Under the pieces are notes generated by a model. That model did no database searches. It was given only the letters and a program-made list of their open reading frames with translations, and was not told the DNA's origin. From an uncultured delta proteobacterium (GTDB taxonomy: Bacteria; Desulfobacterota; Desulfobacteria; Desulfobacterales; Desulfosalsimonadaceae), in contig CAWGYD010000010.1 of assembly GCA_963826785.1 (NCBI GenBank), forward strand, positions 32,001 to 96,000: a stretch of 64,000 bases of DNA, given 5' to 3'. Positions 22,338 to 32,620 of the stretch are shown one piece after another. The position numbers were made by a program, and so were the translations under genes. Each line of letters begins with the position of its first letter. Position 1 is the stretch's first letter.

Positions 22338-23570
22338 ATGCCGATATACGAGTACAATGCATTAAATATAAAAGGAAAAAACAAAACCGATATCATCGAC
22401 GCGGAAAGTATCGCTGCCGCCCGGCAGAAATTGAGGGCGGTCAATATTTATCCGATCTCCATCCAGGAAGTCTATGAACGGGTATCCGTAAGCAAAGAAC
22501 GTCCTTTTTTTCTGGATCGCCCCTTTCTGACCCGGATCAAACCGATGGAAGTGGCCATGATGACCCGGCAGCTTTCCACCCTCCTGAGCGCCGGATTTCC
22601 CCTGGTCTCGGCCCTTGCCGCCCTGATTCCCCAGACCCCTTCCCCTCGGTTCAAGCGGGTCCTGTCGCGGATTAAAGACGCCATCGAGGAAGGAAGCAGC
22701 TTTGCCGCCGCATTGGCCCAGTATCCCGAAATTTTTTCCCAGATCTACATCAATATGGTCGATTCCGGTGAGTCCTCGGGGACATTGGAACTGGTGCTCC
22801 AGCGCCTGGCCGATATCAGCGAACGGCAGCAGCAACTCCTTCAAAAGATCCGCTCCGCCATGGCCTATCCCATATTGATGTCGATTGTGGGTGTGCTGAT
22901 CCTGTTTTTCCTGCTCACCTATATCGTCCCCTCCATGACCTCGATATTTTCGGACATGGGCCAGCAGCTTCCGGCACCCACCCGGTTCCTGATTGCCACC
23001 AGCAAGTTTTTGAAAAACTGGTGGTGGATGCTGCTCAGCGGAATTGCGCTGACGGTATACGGTGTCCACCGCTTTAAAAAAACCGCCAGGGGGAAATACC
23101 GGTTTGACAAGATTGCGCTTTCACTGCCCATGGTGGGAAGCCTGACCCGGAAACTGGCCGTCAGCCGTTTTTCACGTACACTGGGGACCCTGCTTGAAAA
23201 CGGCGTTTCCCTGCTGCCGGCCCTCCATATCGTCAAAAATGTGGTGGGGAACCAACTGATCGCGGACATGATCGAACATGCAGCCGAAGAAGTGGAAAAA
23301 GGAAACAGCCTGGGCAAGTCTCTTGACGCCCCCCCTCACCTGTTCCCGAGCATTTCCATTCAGATGGTCCAGGTGGGCGAGCAGAGCGGCGACATGGAAA
23401 CCATGCTCAACAAGGTAGGGGACATGTTCGAAAATGAAATCGAAGCCGCCGTCACGGGGCTGACCGCCCTGCTGGAGCCGGCCATCATCCTGATTATGGG
23501 CGTGATCGTGGCATTCATCGTTTTGTCCATCTGCCTGCCCATATTCGAGATGAATCAGCTGATCAAGTAG
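22338..23570 (+). CDS. gspF: Type II secretion inner-membrane platform protein F
   Basis: MPIYEY, TRQLSTLLSAG, GESSGTLE, AMAYP, GEQSG, LLEP; adjacent to the T2SS cluster. Confidence 0.93.
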   Translation: MPIYEYNALNIKGKNKTDIIDAESIAAARQKLRAVNIYPISIQEVYERVSVSKERPFFLDRPFLTRIKPMEVAMMTRQLSTLLSAGFPLVSALAALIPQTPSPRFKRVLSRIKDAIEEGSSFAAALAQYPEIFSQIYINMVDSGESSGTLELVLQRLADISERQQQLLQKIRSAMAYPILMSIVGVLILFFLLTYIVPSMTSIFSDMGQQLPAPTRFLIATSKFLKNWWWMLLSGIALTVYGVHRFKKTARGKYRFDKIALSLPMVGSLTRKLAVSRFSRTLGTLLENGVSLLPALHIVKNVVGNQLIADMIEHAAEEVEKGNSLGKSLDAPPHLFPSISIQMVQVGEQSGDMETMLNKVGDMFENEIEAAVTGLTALLEPAIILIMGVIVAFIVLSICLPIFEMNQLIK

Positions 23571-23574
23571 GCCT

Positions 23575-24543
23575 TCAAAAATGATAGCAAAAGGAGAGGC
23601 AGAGCCCCATTCCGGCAGGCTTGATGCTGATTTCCGAGTAGCGTTTCATACCGCTGATGTATTGGCGCTTCTTTTCTTCATTGTACTTGTGCGCGCTGTT
23701 TATGCCGCCGTAGATGCTTCCCGAGTAAAATCCGAGCTCCGCTGCGGAAAGGATTCCGCCGATGGCATACAGGTCATGATCGAAACTTTCGTATGCGGCA
23801 TATCCGAAAGCGCCGTTTAAGATGAAAGCAAACAGCGCATCCCGGTAGCGTCCGGTATACAGATACCCCCCGCCCGGAATGATCGAGGCCATTCCCGCAA
23901 TAAAAGGGCTTTTCCCGCCGATCTTCTTTTCTTTTTCGATCTGACCTAAAAGTTCGTTCACATGGTACAGCGGCCAGGCATCCTCGCTGATGGCTGAAAA
24001 GGCCTGGAGGCTGCTTTCCGAATCACCGGTTTCAAGATAGAGCCATCCCAGCTGGGAGAGGACCCTGTTTCGGGTCCGGGCAGACGGGGTCATGGCGACG
24101 ACCTGCCGTAAAATATCAATGGCCGCCGCATCATTGCCCATCAGCCGATAGCTCCTGCTGATCTGGAGCGCGCTGTCGATGGCGATTTCCTGGTCGCTGA
24201 AATTTTTGAAAACTTTTTCGAACTGGCGAATCGCCGCCGAATAGGATTCCTGGAAAAAATAGGCCATCCCGGCGTTGTACATGGCTTCGGGTACCCGGGG
24301 GTCCTGCGGGAAGAAATAGGTGAAGCGCTGAAATTCATCCGCAGCGCACGAAAATTGATCGTTGTTAAAGCACTGCCGGGCAAATTCAAACTGCTTGTCC
24401 GCATCGATCACGATGCCGGGGGAAGTTTCGGTCGCGCCGCATGCTGCGACAGCGGCAAAGAAAAGTATGGCGAACAGCAGAAAAAAGGGCGGGATGGCGG
24501 GCAGATGCCGGGACAGAACACGTACAGAGCGGTTATGGTTCAT
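23575..24543 (-). CDS. Exported TPR-repeat protein with a C-terminal hydrophobic Gly-rich domain; possible lipoprotein
   Basis: Signal peptide ending VAA-C; BamD/YfiO-like TPRs (EAMYNAGMAYF); SIIPGGGYLYTG; ends CYHF. Start uncertain. Confidence 0.7.
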   Translation of the reverse strand: MNHNRSVRVLSRHLPAIPPFFLLFAILFFAAVAACGATETSPGIVIDADKQFEFARQCFNNDQFSCAADEFQRFTYFFPQDPRVPEAMYNAGMAYFFQESYSAAIRQFEKVFKNFSDQEIAIDSALQISRSYRLMGNDAAAIDILRQVVAMTPSARTRNRVLSQLGWLYLETGDSESSLQAFSAISEDAWPLYHVNELLGQIEKEKKIGGKSPFIAGMASIIPGGGYLYTGRYRDALFAFILNGAFGYAAYESFDHDLYAIGGILSAAELGFYSGSIYGGINSAHKYNEEKKRQYISGMKRYSEISIKPAGMGLCLSFCYHF

Positions 24544-24692
24544 TAAGTTCGCCTTCTGGTGGTGATGCAATCAACCGTTATTCGTTCGAAATGATCGGGA
24601 AACCACCCGCTTTTTCGCCCTGCATGTAATCCGCGCGCCCGGTTTTTCAGAAGATCAAAGCAGACGGTGCGGAAAAAGGCATATTTTACGGA

Positions 24693-26432
24693 CTATGTCT
24701 GGGTGACGCGCAGCACCTCTTCGATGGTGGTGGTTCCTGCCAGTACTTTATGGATGCCGTCATGAAACAGGGTGATCATCCCCTGCTTGATCGCCTGATT
24801 CTTGATCTGGTGCGAGTCATGGGTCTTTAAGATGAGATTCTGCAGGATTTCATCCAAGACCATGATTTCGTATATTCCGATGCGTCCCTTGTAGCCGCTG
24901 CCGAAACATTTCTGGCATCCATTGGAGCGGTAAATGGTGGGTCTCTGCGCCTGTCCGGGATCGAGGCCCAGCATCTTCATGGTTTCATCATCGGGTTGAT
25001 ACGCTTCCCGGCATTCGGCACACAGAACCCGGACCAGGCGCTGGGCGATGACCGCGATGACCGAAGAAGAGATCAAAAACGGCTCCACTCCGATATCCAC
25101 CAGCCGGGTAATGGCGGCGGCCGAATCATTGGTATGAAGGGTCGAGAAGACCAGGTGGCCCGTGAGCGCGGACTGGACACCGATTTCAGCGGTTTCCTGA
25201 TCCCGCATTTCCCCGATCAGGATCACGTCCGGGTCCTGGCGCACGATGGAGCGCAGCCCCCGGGCAAAGGTCAGCTCGATTTTCGGATTCACCTGGATCT
25301 GGCTGATCCCCTTGAGCTGGTATTCCACCGGGTCCTCGATGGTGATGATGTTGATATCCGGAGAGTTGATCTTCGACAGGATCGCATAGAGGGAGGTGGT
25401 TTTTCCGCTCCCCGTCGGGCCGGTGACCAGGATGATGCCGTGGGATGATCGGATCAGTTTATTGATCACCTTCAGTTTTTCATCATTGAGCCCCAGTTCC
25501 GAAAGCCCCAGCAGGGACAGAGACTTGTTCAGCAGCCGCAGGACCAGCCGCTCCCCATAGGTAATGGGGATGGTGGAGACGCGGATATCGATATTCTGGT
25601 CCCCGATCTTCACCCCGAATCGGCCGTCCTGGGGCAGCCGCTTTTCGGCGATGTTCATCTTGGCCATGACCTTGATTCTGGAGATCAGGGGCGACTGCAT
25701 CCATTTGGGCGGGGTGAGCAGGTCATAGAGGACCCCGTCCACCCGGTACCGGATCTTGAAATTGTTCTGGTACGGCTCGATATGGATGTCACTGGCGCCG
25801 CTTTTTACCGACTGGGAAATGATATGGTTGACCAGCTTGATGATGGGCGCGTCGCTGGTGTCATCCAGCAGGTCGGCGGTTTCCTCGATCTCGCTGATGA
25901 TGTCGTAGCCGTTTTCCTCCATGTCCGCCACCAGCTGCTGGGCGGTGTCCCGGCTGCTGTCATAGGCCGTGTTGATCAGGGAGAAGATGGAATCCCGGCT
26001 GGTGAGCACCAGGTCATATTCATCGATATCCAGAATCCGTACCAGGTCATCGATCTGCTGAAAGGCGGACGGATCGTTTAAGGCGATCAGGATGCGGCCG
26101 TTTGGGCTATTTGGGCCGGGCTCTCCTTCCGGCAGCCCGGGAACGGGCTGATCGGTCTTTAACGGGACCATGGCATATTTTTTTAGAAACTGGATGGAAA
26201 CCTGCCTGGAAAATCCGGTGTCGAAATCCTCCAGAAACAATTTGGGCACATAGGGGATGTTGAACAGCTTGCTGTAGGCGTTGAGCAGCTGGGTTTCCGT
26301 CAGGACCTGCTTTTTCAGCAGCATTTCCGATAGACTCAGACTCTGTTCCAGGCTGGCCTGCTGGGCTTCCCTGAAGGACTCCTCGGGAATATCGAAATCA
26401 GAACTCAAGATGGTAGAAAGACGTTTTAGCAT
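24693..26432 (-). CDS. gspE: Type II secretion ATPase E
   Basis: ASDIHIEP, RLPQDGR, GPTGSGKTT, EDPVE, RQDPD, LTGHLVFSTLHTN, CAEC..CQKC. Confidence 0.96.
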   Translation of the reverse strand: MLKRLSTILSSDFDIPEESFREAQQASLEQSLSLSEMLLKKQVLTETQLLNAYSKLFNIPYVPKLFLEDFDTGFSRQVSIQFLKKYAMVPLKTDQPVPGLPEGEPGPNSPNGRILIALNDPSAFQQIDDLVRILDIDEYDLVLTSRDSIFSLINTAYDSSRDTAQQLVADMEENGYDIISEIEETADLLDDTSDAPIIKLVNHIISQSVKSGASDIHIEPYQNNFKIRYRVDGVLYDLLTPPKWMQSPLISRIKVMAKMNIAEKRLPQDGRFGVKIGDQNIDIRVSTIPITYGERLVLRLLNKSLSLLGLSELGLNDEKLKVINKLIRSSHGIILVTGPTGSGKTTSLYAILSKINSPDINIITIEDPVEYQLKGISQIQVNPKIELTFARGLRSIVRQDPDVILIGEMRDQETAEIGVQSALTGHLVFSTLHTNDSAAAITRLVDIGVEPFLISSSVIAVIAQRLVRVLCAECREAYQPDDETMKMLGLDPGQAQRPTIYRSNGCQKCFGSGYKGRIGIYEIMVLDEILQNLILKTHDSHQIKNQAIKQGMITLFHDGIHKVLAGTTTIEEVLRVTQT

Positions 26433-26566
26433 AATCGACTCGTAAAAGGGGTGAGGCGTCTTGCTTTCTGCAATATAACATATCACATGATCATATGCCA
26501 GCGGCAATATGCAATGCAGGGCCCAAAAAGCCGTATTTGCGGCAATTGATACAGCGACGCGCTTTT

Positions 26567-26604
26567 AAAAAGCCGGGTGATGGTAATTTATGCGCATCAC
26601 CCGG
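26567..26604 (-). terminator. Hairpin/terminator between gspD and gspE
   Basis: 10-bp stem CCGGGTGATG/CATCACCCGG followed by CTTTTT on the minus strand, 10 nt after the gspD stop. Confidence 0.6.
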
Positions 26605-26614
26605 TCATCATTTG

Positions 26615-28630
26615 TTATTCTTCAAGGTTTCCGGGAGCTTTGAAAACATCACTTGCTTTAAAATCGTAAAGCTTGATTTCCCCCTGCTGAAGCTTGTCCA
26701 CCTGCCCCTGCTTTTCTTCATAGAGCGCCTTGGCTTCGGCCGCCCCTTCCACCACATGCGGGGTCAGAAAGACGAACAGGTTGGTTTTCTCGTGCCCTTT
26801 GCCCTCGGAGCGGAACAGCCATCCCACCACCGGGATGCTGCCCAGGCAGGGGACCTTGTACTCCGTGGAGGAGAGGCTGTCATCGATCAAGCCGCCGATC
26901 ACGATGGTGTTCTTGTCATTGACCACCACGGTGGTGTCGATGGTCCGCTTCAGGGTGGTGGGCTGGAACAGGTCGGTGGTGGATTCGAGTTTCGTGACCT
27001 CCTGGGCGATTTCCAGCCGGACCTGGCGGTCTTTGCTGATCTGGGGTGTGATTTCCAGCATGATGCCCACGTCCTTGTATTCATAATTGCTGTAATTGGT
27101 ATCCCCGGTGGCCGCCTTGGTCAGGTAGGGGACGTTCTTGCCCACCTGGATCTTGGCCGTTTGATTATCCGTGGTCATAATCTGGGGAGTGGACAGGATA
27201 TGCACGTCCTTGTCTTTTTTGTAGGCGCTGACGAGTGCGGCGATGGTGGGGAAAGTGACGTTGCCCACGGTGATCCCCTCACCGAATACCCCCAGGGAAA
27301 ACCCGGGAGGAAGCAGCGACGGCTGGCCCGTGGCGCCGGATATGGCCGACTGGATAAATCCGGGATCCCCGCCCAGGGCGCCGCCGGAAAATCCGGTCCC
27401 GTAGACGCCCTTCTTGTCTCCGTAACTGGCGTTGCCGCCGACAATCCATTCCGTGCCCATGTTCAGGGACCGCTCCTTGTTGATTTCCATGATCAGGCAT
27501 TCGATATACACCATGGAGCGCTGCACATCGAGCTTCTTGATGATCTCTTCAAGGATTTCATAATCATCTTTTTCCGCACGGATAATCAGGCTGTTGGTGG
27601 CCTTGTCCGCGGTGATCTTGACCCCTTCGGACACGATGGGGGCCAGGGGCTTGCCTTTTTCATCCGCGGGAGCCCCCCCCTTGGAGGGGAGTTCCTGGAG
27701 CACGCCTGCCAGTTCCTCGGCCTTGGCGTTTTCCAGATAGTAGACATGAATTTTTTCGCTTCCCCGGGGCATCTCCTTGTCCAGCATGCCGATCAGCCGC
27801 TTGACCTGTTCGATATCCGCCTCGGTCCCCATGGCAATCAGGATGTTGGTGCGGTCATCGGACACGAGGACCACCGATTTTTCGCTGCCGGGCCGCCGGG
27901 GCTGGTTATTGGCATTGAAAACCGAATCGATGATCTTCACCAGTTCCGCGGCATCCGCATGCTCGATGGGGAGCACGGAAATCTCCCTGCCGATGCCGGT
28001 GACGTCTATGGCTTCGATAATCCGCAGCAGCCGCAGGATGTTGGAATAGACGTCGGTGATCACCATCATGTTGGTGGGCTGATAGGAAAGCACCACGCTG
28101 CTTTTGGAGACCAGGGGGGCGACCAGCTGTTTGACTTCATTGGGGTCGGCATATTTCAGATGGATCAGCTGCGTCACAATTTTATCTTCGGGGCTTTGTT
28201 TCTCATCATGAAAACGGGTCTCGATATTCATGGTGCGGGCATAGGGCGACGGGATGATCTTGGTCACCTTGCCGGATTTGACGGTGGTATAATCATGCAC
28301 GTCTAATACCGACTCAAATACCTTGTAGGCTTCATCAACAGAGATCTTGGTGGGGGAGATGACGGTCACCTTTCCCTTGACCCGGGGATCGATGATAAAA
28401 TTCTGCCCGGTCAGTTCACTGATGAATTTGATGAACACCTCGATATCCACATTGTTGAAGTCAATGGATACAAACCGGTCCGAATTGGCTTCCCCTGCGG
28501 CAGCAGCGGCATCATTGGCAGGTGAATTTTCTTTGCTCTCCTGTGCATACAGAGATGCACCGGTCAGAAAAATTCCCATCACACAGCAAAACAACATCCA
28601 CACAAAAATTTTTCGCATAAGTCTCATCAT
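26615..28630 (-). CDS. gspD: Type II secretion secretin D
   Basis: SIDFNNVDI, IIDPRVKGKVT, D..TNSLII, ILSTP, VPCLGSIPVVGWLF, LFVFLTP. Confidence 0.96.
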   Translation of the reverse strand: MMRLMRKIFVWMLFCCVMGIFLTGASLYAQESKENSPANDAAAAAGEANSDRFVSIDFNNVDIEVFIKFISELTGQNFIIDPRVKGKVTVISPTKISVDEAYKVFESVLDVHDYTTVKSGKVTKIIPSPYARTMNIETRFHDEKQSPEDKIVTQLIHLKYADPNEVKQLVAPLVSKSSVVLSYQPTNMMVITDVYSNILRLLRIIEAIDVTGIGREISVLPIEHADAAELVKIIDSVFNANNQPRRPGSEKSVVLVSDDRTNILIAMGTEADIEQVKRLIGMLDKEMPRGSEKIHVYYLENAKAEELAGVLQELPSKGGAPADEKGKPLAPIVSEGVKITADKATNSLIIRAEKDDYEILEEIIKKLDVQRSMVYIECLIMEINKERSLNMGTEWIVGGNASYGDKKGVYGTGFSGGALGGDPGFIQSAISGATGQPSLLPPGFSLGVFGEGITVGNVTFPTIAALVSAYKKDKDVHILSTPQIMTTDNQTAKIQVGKNVPYLTKAATGDTNYSNYEYKDVGIMLEITPQISKDRQVRLEIAQEVTKLESTTDLFQPTTLKRTIDTTVVVNDKNTIVIGGLIDDSLSSTEYKVPCLGSIPVVGWLFRSEGKGHEKTNLFVFLTPHVVEGAAEAKALYEEKQGQVDKLQQGEIKLYDFKASDVFKAPGNLEE

Positions 28631-28723
28631 TTGTCTTCCGAATTGGGCCTTTCATGCCGCCGCCATTCAGCGGCGTTTTTGAAATGCCTTATTTAGAATT
28701 ATCCTCTATATCTGATTAACGAT

Positions 28724-29647
28724 TTACTGGATCTGATAGGCAATCGACATCAGTTCGCCGCCCCGTTCGATCTGAAGGTCCACGGATGATGAAGATTTCA
28801 GGTTTTCATAAAATTTCAAGGCGTCATCCACAGACTGGATCTGGTTGCCATTGACGCCCTTGACGATATCGCCGTTTTGCAGGCCCATTTCCGAAAAAAT
28901 GGATTTGGGCCGGATATGGCTGACAATCAGGCCGCTGGGCTGCCCGTTCTCAAAATGGGGGCGGACTTTGACCTGGCTCATCAGCTGGTTGATATTTTTC
29001 AGGGCGCTGTTGATTTCTTCCCGGTCGATGCTGACCGTCGACTGGTCGGCTTCGCTTCCATAAGTGTATTCCGGTTCTTCCGGCATGCCGGTATCCCGGC
29101 TGCTCGGCGCTGAAGCAGAGGCCATGGCCCGCTGATTTTTCTCTTCCTCCATCAGCAGGATTTCGTCTTTTCCATTGACGCTGAGCACCACTTTTTTTCT
29201 CAGGATCAGTTTGATCTGTGCATTCTGGATGGCGTCGCCTTCCCGGTAAAGACTCTGCTGGCGGTTCTTGAGATCTTCAATCACCGCATATGCCCGCCGG
29301 GTCTCTGAACCGGTCACCGTTCCCCAGAGCTTGAGGTTCAATTGGGTCTGTTTCAATTTTTCCAGTTCGATGTCATCCGCTTTTTTCTGAGCCGGCTCCA
29401 CCTGGACGGTCTTGAACAGATCCCGGTTGAAAATGGCCTGATAGGCATTCAGGCCGGGATTGGCGCGCATGCGATCCGGCATGCTGACAGATGAGGGCAT
29501 GTTTTCGGGCGCCTGTGCGATCAGCAGCCGGTCATAGGGGACCCGAAGCGCGGTGGCGCTGACCAGCTGGTAAAAAAGCTGAACGCAGAAAAATACGGCC
29601 AGCGTGATCAATACGATGTGAAAGATACCAAATAATTTTTTTATCAT
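28724..29647 (-). CDS. gspC: Type II secretion protein C with C-terminal PDZ domain
   Basis: N-terminal TM, LKLWGTV..AYAVIE (HR domain), GLQNGDIVKGVNG (PDZ). Confidence 0.9.
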   Translation of the reverse strand: MIKKLFGIFHIVLITLAVFFCVQLFYQLVSATALRVPYDRLLIAQAPENMPSSVSMPDRMRANPGLNAYQAIFNRDLFKTVQVEPAQKKADDIELEKLKQTQLNLKLWGTVTGSETRRAYAVIEDLKNRQQSLYREGDAIQNAQIKLILRKKVVLSVNGKDEILLMEEEKNQRAMASASAPSSRDTGMPEEPEYTYGSEADQSTVSIDREEINSALKNINQLMSQVKVRPHFENGQPSGLIVSHIRPKSIFSEMGLQNGDIVKGVNGNQIQSVDDALKFYENLKSSSSVDLQIERGGELMSIAYQIQ

Positions 29648-29681
29648 CAGAAAAAATCAGTCAATGATTATGTATTTATGA

Positions 29682-30539
29682 TTACCGGAGTGAAAAGTTG
29701 GGCCGGTCGATGGTGCCGGAAATTCGAAAAGGCACGCCGCCGCCGCGCATGTTCTTGGATATCAGTTCCACCGGGAACATGGCGGAAAGTCCCTTGATCA
29801 GCCTGGCCTGGGGATTGATGCGCCCAGCGATATTGATGATGCTCTTGTCCACGGGATCTTTGAGCAGAATGGAACCGGTGGCATTGCCGGTCACATCCGG
29901 CCCTTCCACCTTGAGTTCCTTGATCAGGATCCGCTGGTTTGCCATTTCGACCTTGGATGATACGGTTTTAAATTCGATTTCTTCGATGCCCATCATCGGC
30001 GCGGACAATTTTACCCGGCTGTCGGTGATCAGGAGTTCCGCCGTCCCTTCCCCTCTGGGATCCTTGCTGTTGCCGAAAACGAGCTTGCCTTCCGCACGTC
30101 CGGACAGTTCATAGGGAATCAGCTGCTTGATTTCCGGGATATCCTGGAGGAGAATATCGGTAAAATCCAGGTCCGTGTCGACCACAAGCGGATTTTTGGC
30201 CCCGCGAATGGTGACTGCCCCCGAGAGGCGGCCGCCGTATGCCCGACCGTCCACATGCAAGGTCTTGTCCGGTGACATCAGCGTTAGATACGCCGGCGTC
30301 ACACTGAGGGATTGCGCCGTAACCAGGGTCTGACCCGACCGTTCAATCCGAGGGGCATAAAAGGTCAGGCCGGGCGGAAAGGCCGGTTTCACCTGGCGGA
30401 TCCCCAGATCAAACCCGGAGACGGCCGCATCGAATTGATATTTCGCATAGGAAATGATCGCATCGCTCGGAAACAGAACATACAAAAACAGGAGCGCGAT
30501 CGAAACCACATATGCGCTGTACGCCAGCCATTTTTTCAT
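29682..30539 (-). CDS. gspN: Type II secretion protein N
   Basis: N-terminal TM ending YVLFP, beta-rich body, ISGTIDRP end; position between M and C. Confidence 0.75.
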   Translation of the reverse strand: MKKWLAYSAYVVSIALLFLYVLFPSDAIISYAKYQFDAAVSGFDLGIRQVKPAFPPGLTFYAPRIERSGQTLVTAQSLSVTPAYLTLMSPDKTLHVDGRAYGGRLSGAVTIRGAKNPLVVDTDLDFTDILLQDIPEIKQLIPYELSGRAEGKLVFGNSKDPRGEGTAELLITDSRVKLSAPMMGIEEIEFKTVSSKVEMANQRILIKELKVEGPDVTGNATGSILLKDPVDKSIINIAGRINPQARLIKGLSAMFPVELISKNMRGGGVPFRISGTIDRPNFSLR

Positions 30540-30553
30540 ATCAATACCATTAA

Positions 30554-31084
30554 TTAGGATTCTACGGTTTCCGCCTGCAGAACAGCGCTGATCAGCCCGT
30601 TGTCCGGCCCGGTTTTGGTGATGGACAGCCGGTTGACCACGATCATGTTCGGCGAGGTTTCCACCCGGTGCAAATACGACGCAAGGTCCTTCAGGTTGAT
30701 TTCCTGTATCTTCATTTCCACCCGGGACAGCTTCAGGCCCGAACCTTCCCTTACCGCGCTGGAGGGTTTCATATAGGAGATATGGTCCTTGACACCGGTC
30801 TCCCCGGCAAGCCGGTCCAGAAAAGAAAAGAGGGTGAAGCCGGCCGGACGGCTTTCAAAGCCGCGCCTGGAGGCTTCTTCTTTTGATTTCATCCCCTGGT
30901 ATTCGGTTTGGAGCCGGACCATCTCGGTGAGAATGCCCTTTTTCGCCTCCAGGGTATGCCGGAGGTCATTGCGCTTTTCAAATACCGGAACGATGATAAA
31001 CTGGACCAGCACGAATATCGCAATGAAACCGGCGGCGCCTAAGACAGCGGTTTTCTCCCGCTTGTTCAAACTGATATTCAGCAT
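30554..31084 (-). CDS. gspM: Type II secretion protein M
   Basis: LNKREK followed by TM, coiled coil and ferredoxin-like domain; directly after gspL. Confidence 0.8.
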   Translation of the reverse strand: MLNISLNKREKTAVLGAAGFIAIFVLVQFIIVPVFEKRNDLRHTLEAKKGILTEMVRLQTEYQGMKSKEEASRRGFESRPAGFTLFSFLDRLAGETGVKDHISYMKPSSAVREGSGLKLSRVEMKIQEINLKDLASYLHRVETSPNMIVVNRLSITKTGPDNGLISAVLQAETVES

Positions 31085-31102
31085 TTTAATGTGTCCTGTG
31101 GG

Positions 31103-32563
31103 TCATTTCAGATCAGCCTTGAGCTTGAACTGCACGCGGTTGATCGATTTTTCGAGATTGGCCGAAGTAATGGTAATATTTTTGATGGACTGGGCTTTTT
31201 CCAGGTTGCCCTTGATTTCATCCACCGCATTGAAAGTGTCCGTATCGCCGGTGATCAGGATGTTGTCATCCCCCCGGACATACCGGGTGAATTCCACGTC
31301 CGTTCCCGGGGGGATCAGTTGACTGATTTCGTTTAAGATGTCGATATTGAGCGATTCCGAGGCCAGTTCCCCGGCAAACATTTCTTTATCCCTGGCCTCG
31401 GCGATCCGGACCCGCATCTGCTGCACCGGGTCCACGATGCGCGTCACATCCGGAAAGGTCGACTTGAAGACCGAGGCAATCCGGTAGTTGACGGCCTGGA
31501 CATCCTTGGCCAGAAAATGGGCGTCCAGCAGCACGTTGAACATGGCGATGATAAAAACGAACAGGGCGGTCATGCCGGTCCGGATCACCTCGTTTTTGTA
31601 CTCTTCCCAGTAGCGCTTGAACACCGAGTGCTCACCGTGAAAGTTGATGGCGGAAATTCCCATCAACTCGGCGGCGGCAAGCGCCAGCGGATGATCGGCA
31701 TATCCGTTATTCATCGCGGCATCCGGCGAAACCCGGATGTTGAGATCGAGCTGAGTCAGCAGATCGATTTTGACAACGGGGACACCGCCGAGTATGCGGT
31801 CCATCTCCGCTTTGAACTGGACCTCGTCGATGCCGCCGCCGCTGTAGTAAATCCGCCCCGGTTCCAGGTCAAAATTAAACACCGATTCAAAGGCGGCGAT
31901 GATCTGCTGAATATTTTCAGAAAGCCGGGCCCCTTTTTGCGACGGATCGGAAAGTCTTGCGGGAAAGGACCGAATCAGACAGGCGTAGCCGGAGACCACC
32001 ACAAATATGGAGCAGCTCTTATTGCCGATGTCGATATATACAAAATCCTGCGTTCCATCGGTGCTCCGGGTCAGGCACAGGGCCGCTGCCAGCCCACCGG
32101 GAGTGACGATGCGGGGCTCGATGCCGATTGACTGAAAGGCGGAAACGATCTGTTGAAGCCTGACGGTCTGGATCACGGCGGCAAAAATATCGGTATGCTC
32201 GCTCCGGCGCCGGGCATGGAAATCATAGGTCAACTCATCGATGGGAAACGGCAGCGTCGGTTCGATTTCAAACGGGAGCACCTGCCGGATTTTTTTCCGG
32301 TCCTTGAACGGCACCTGGAGGTTGCGGAAAGAAATCAGTTCCGCGGGAACCGATACCAGTGTTTCCACGTCGGCCATATCGATCTGCTCGATGACCTGCT
32401 TGAGGGCCAGGGCCAGCGGCGGCTCGGAATCGTCATAAAACTTCAACAACCCGGATTGCTCGACATGGAAACCGGCATCGATTTCGCTGCCCTTGATGGT
32501 ATTTTTCACCAGCAGGGCGGACAGGCTGTCGGTCCGTATGTCAATGGCTAATATTTTTCTCAT
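31103..32563 (-). CDS. gspL: Type II secretion protein L (PilM/PilN-like)
   Basis: ILAIDI, LPFEIEPTLPF, TM, FPDVTRIVDP. Confidence 0.85.
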   Translation of the reverse strand: MRKILAIDIRTDSLSALLVKNTIKGSEIDAGFHVEQSGLLKFYDDSEPPLALALKQVIEQIDMADVETLVSVPAELISFRNLQVPFKDRKKIRQVLPFEIEPTLPFPIDELTYDFHARRRSEHTDIFAAVIQTVRLQQIVSAFQSIGIEPRIVTPGGLAAALCLTRSTDGTQDFVYIDIGNKSCSIFVVVSGYACLIRSFPARLSDPSQKGARLSENIQQIIAAFESVFNFDLEPGRIYYSGGGIDEVQFKAEMDRILGGVPVVKIDLLTQLDLNIRVSPDAAMNNGYADHPLALAAAELMGISAINFHGEHSVFKRYWEEYKNEVIRTGMTALFVFIIAMFNVLLDAHFLAKDVQAVNYRIASVFKSTFPDVTRIVDPVQQMRVRIAEARDKEMFAGELASESLNIDILNEISQLIPPGTDVEFTRYVRGDDNILITGDTDTFNAVDEIKGNLEKAQSIKNITITSANLEKSINRVQFKLKADLK

Positions 32564-32620
32564 AATCCTTTACTTTATCTCTTGCGCAAAAAATCTGCAG
32601 CGGACTTTTTTTATCCTGCA

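Noticed and set aside
26495..28306. 603-aa ORF on the plus strand
   Set aside because: Antisense shadow of gspD; no recognisable motifs, typical of GC-rich codon bias.
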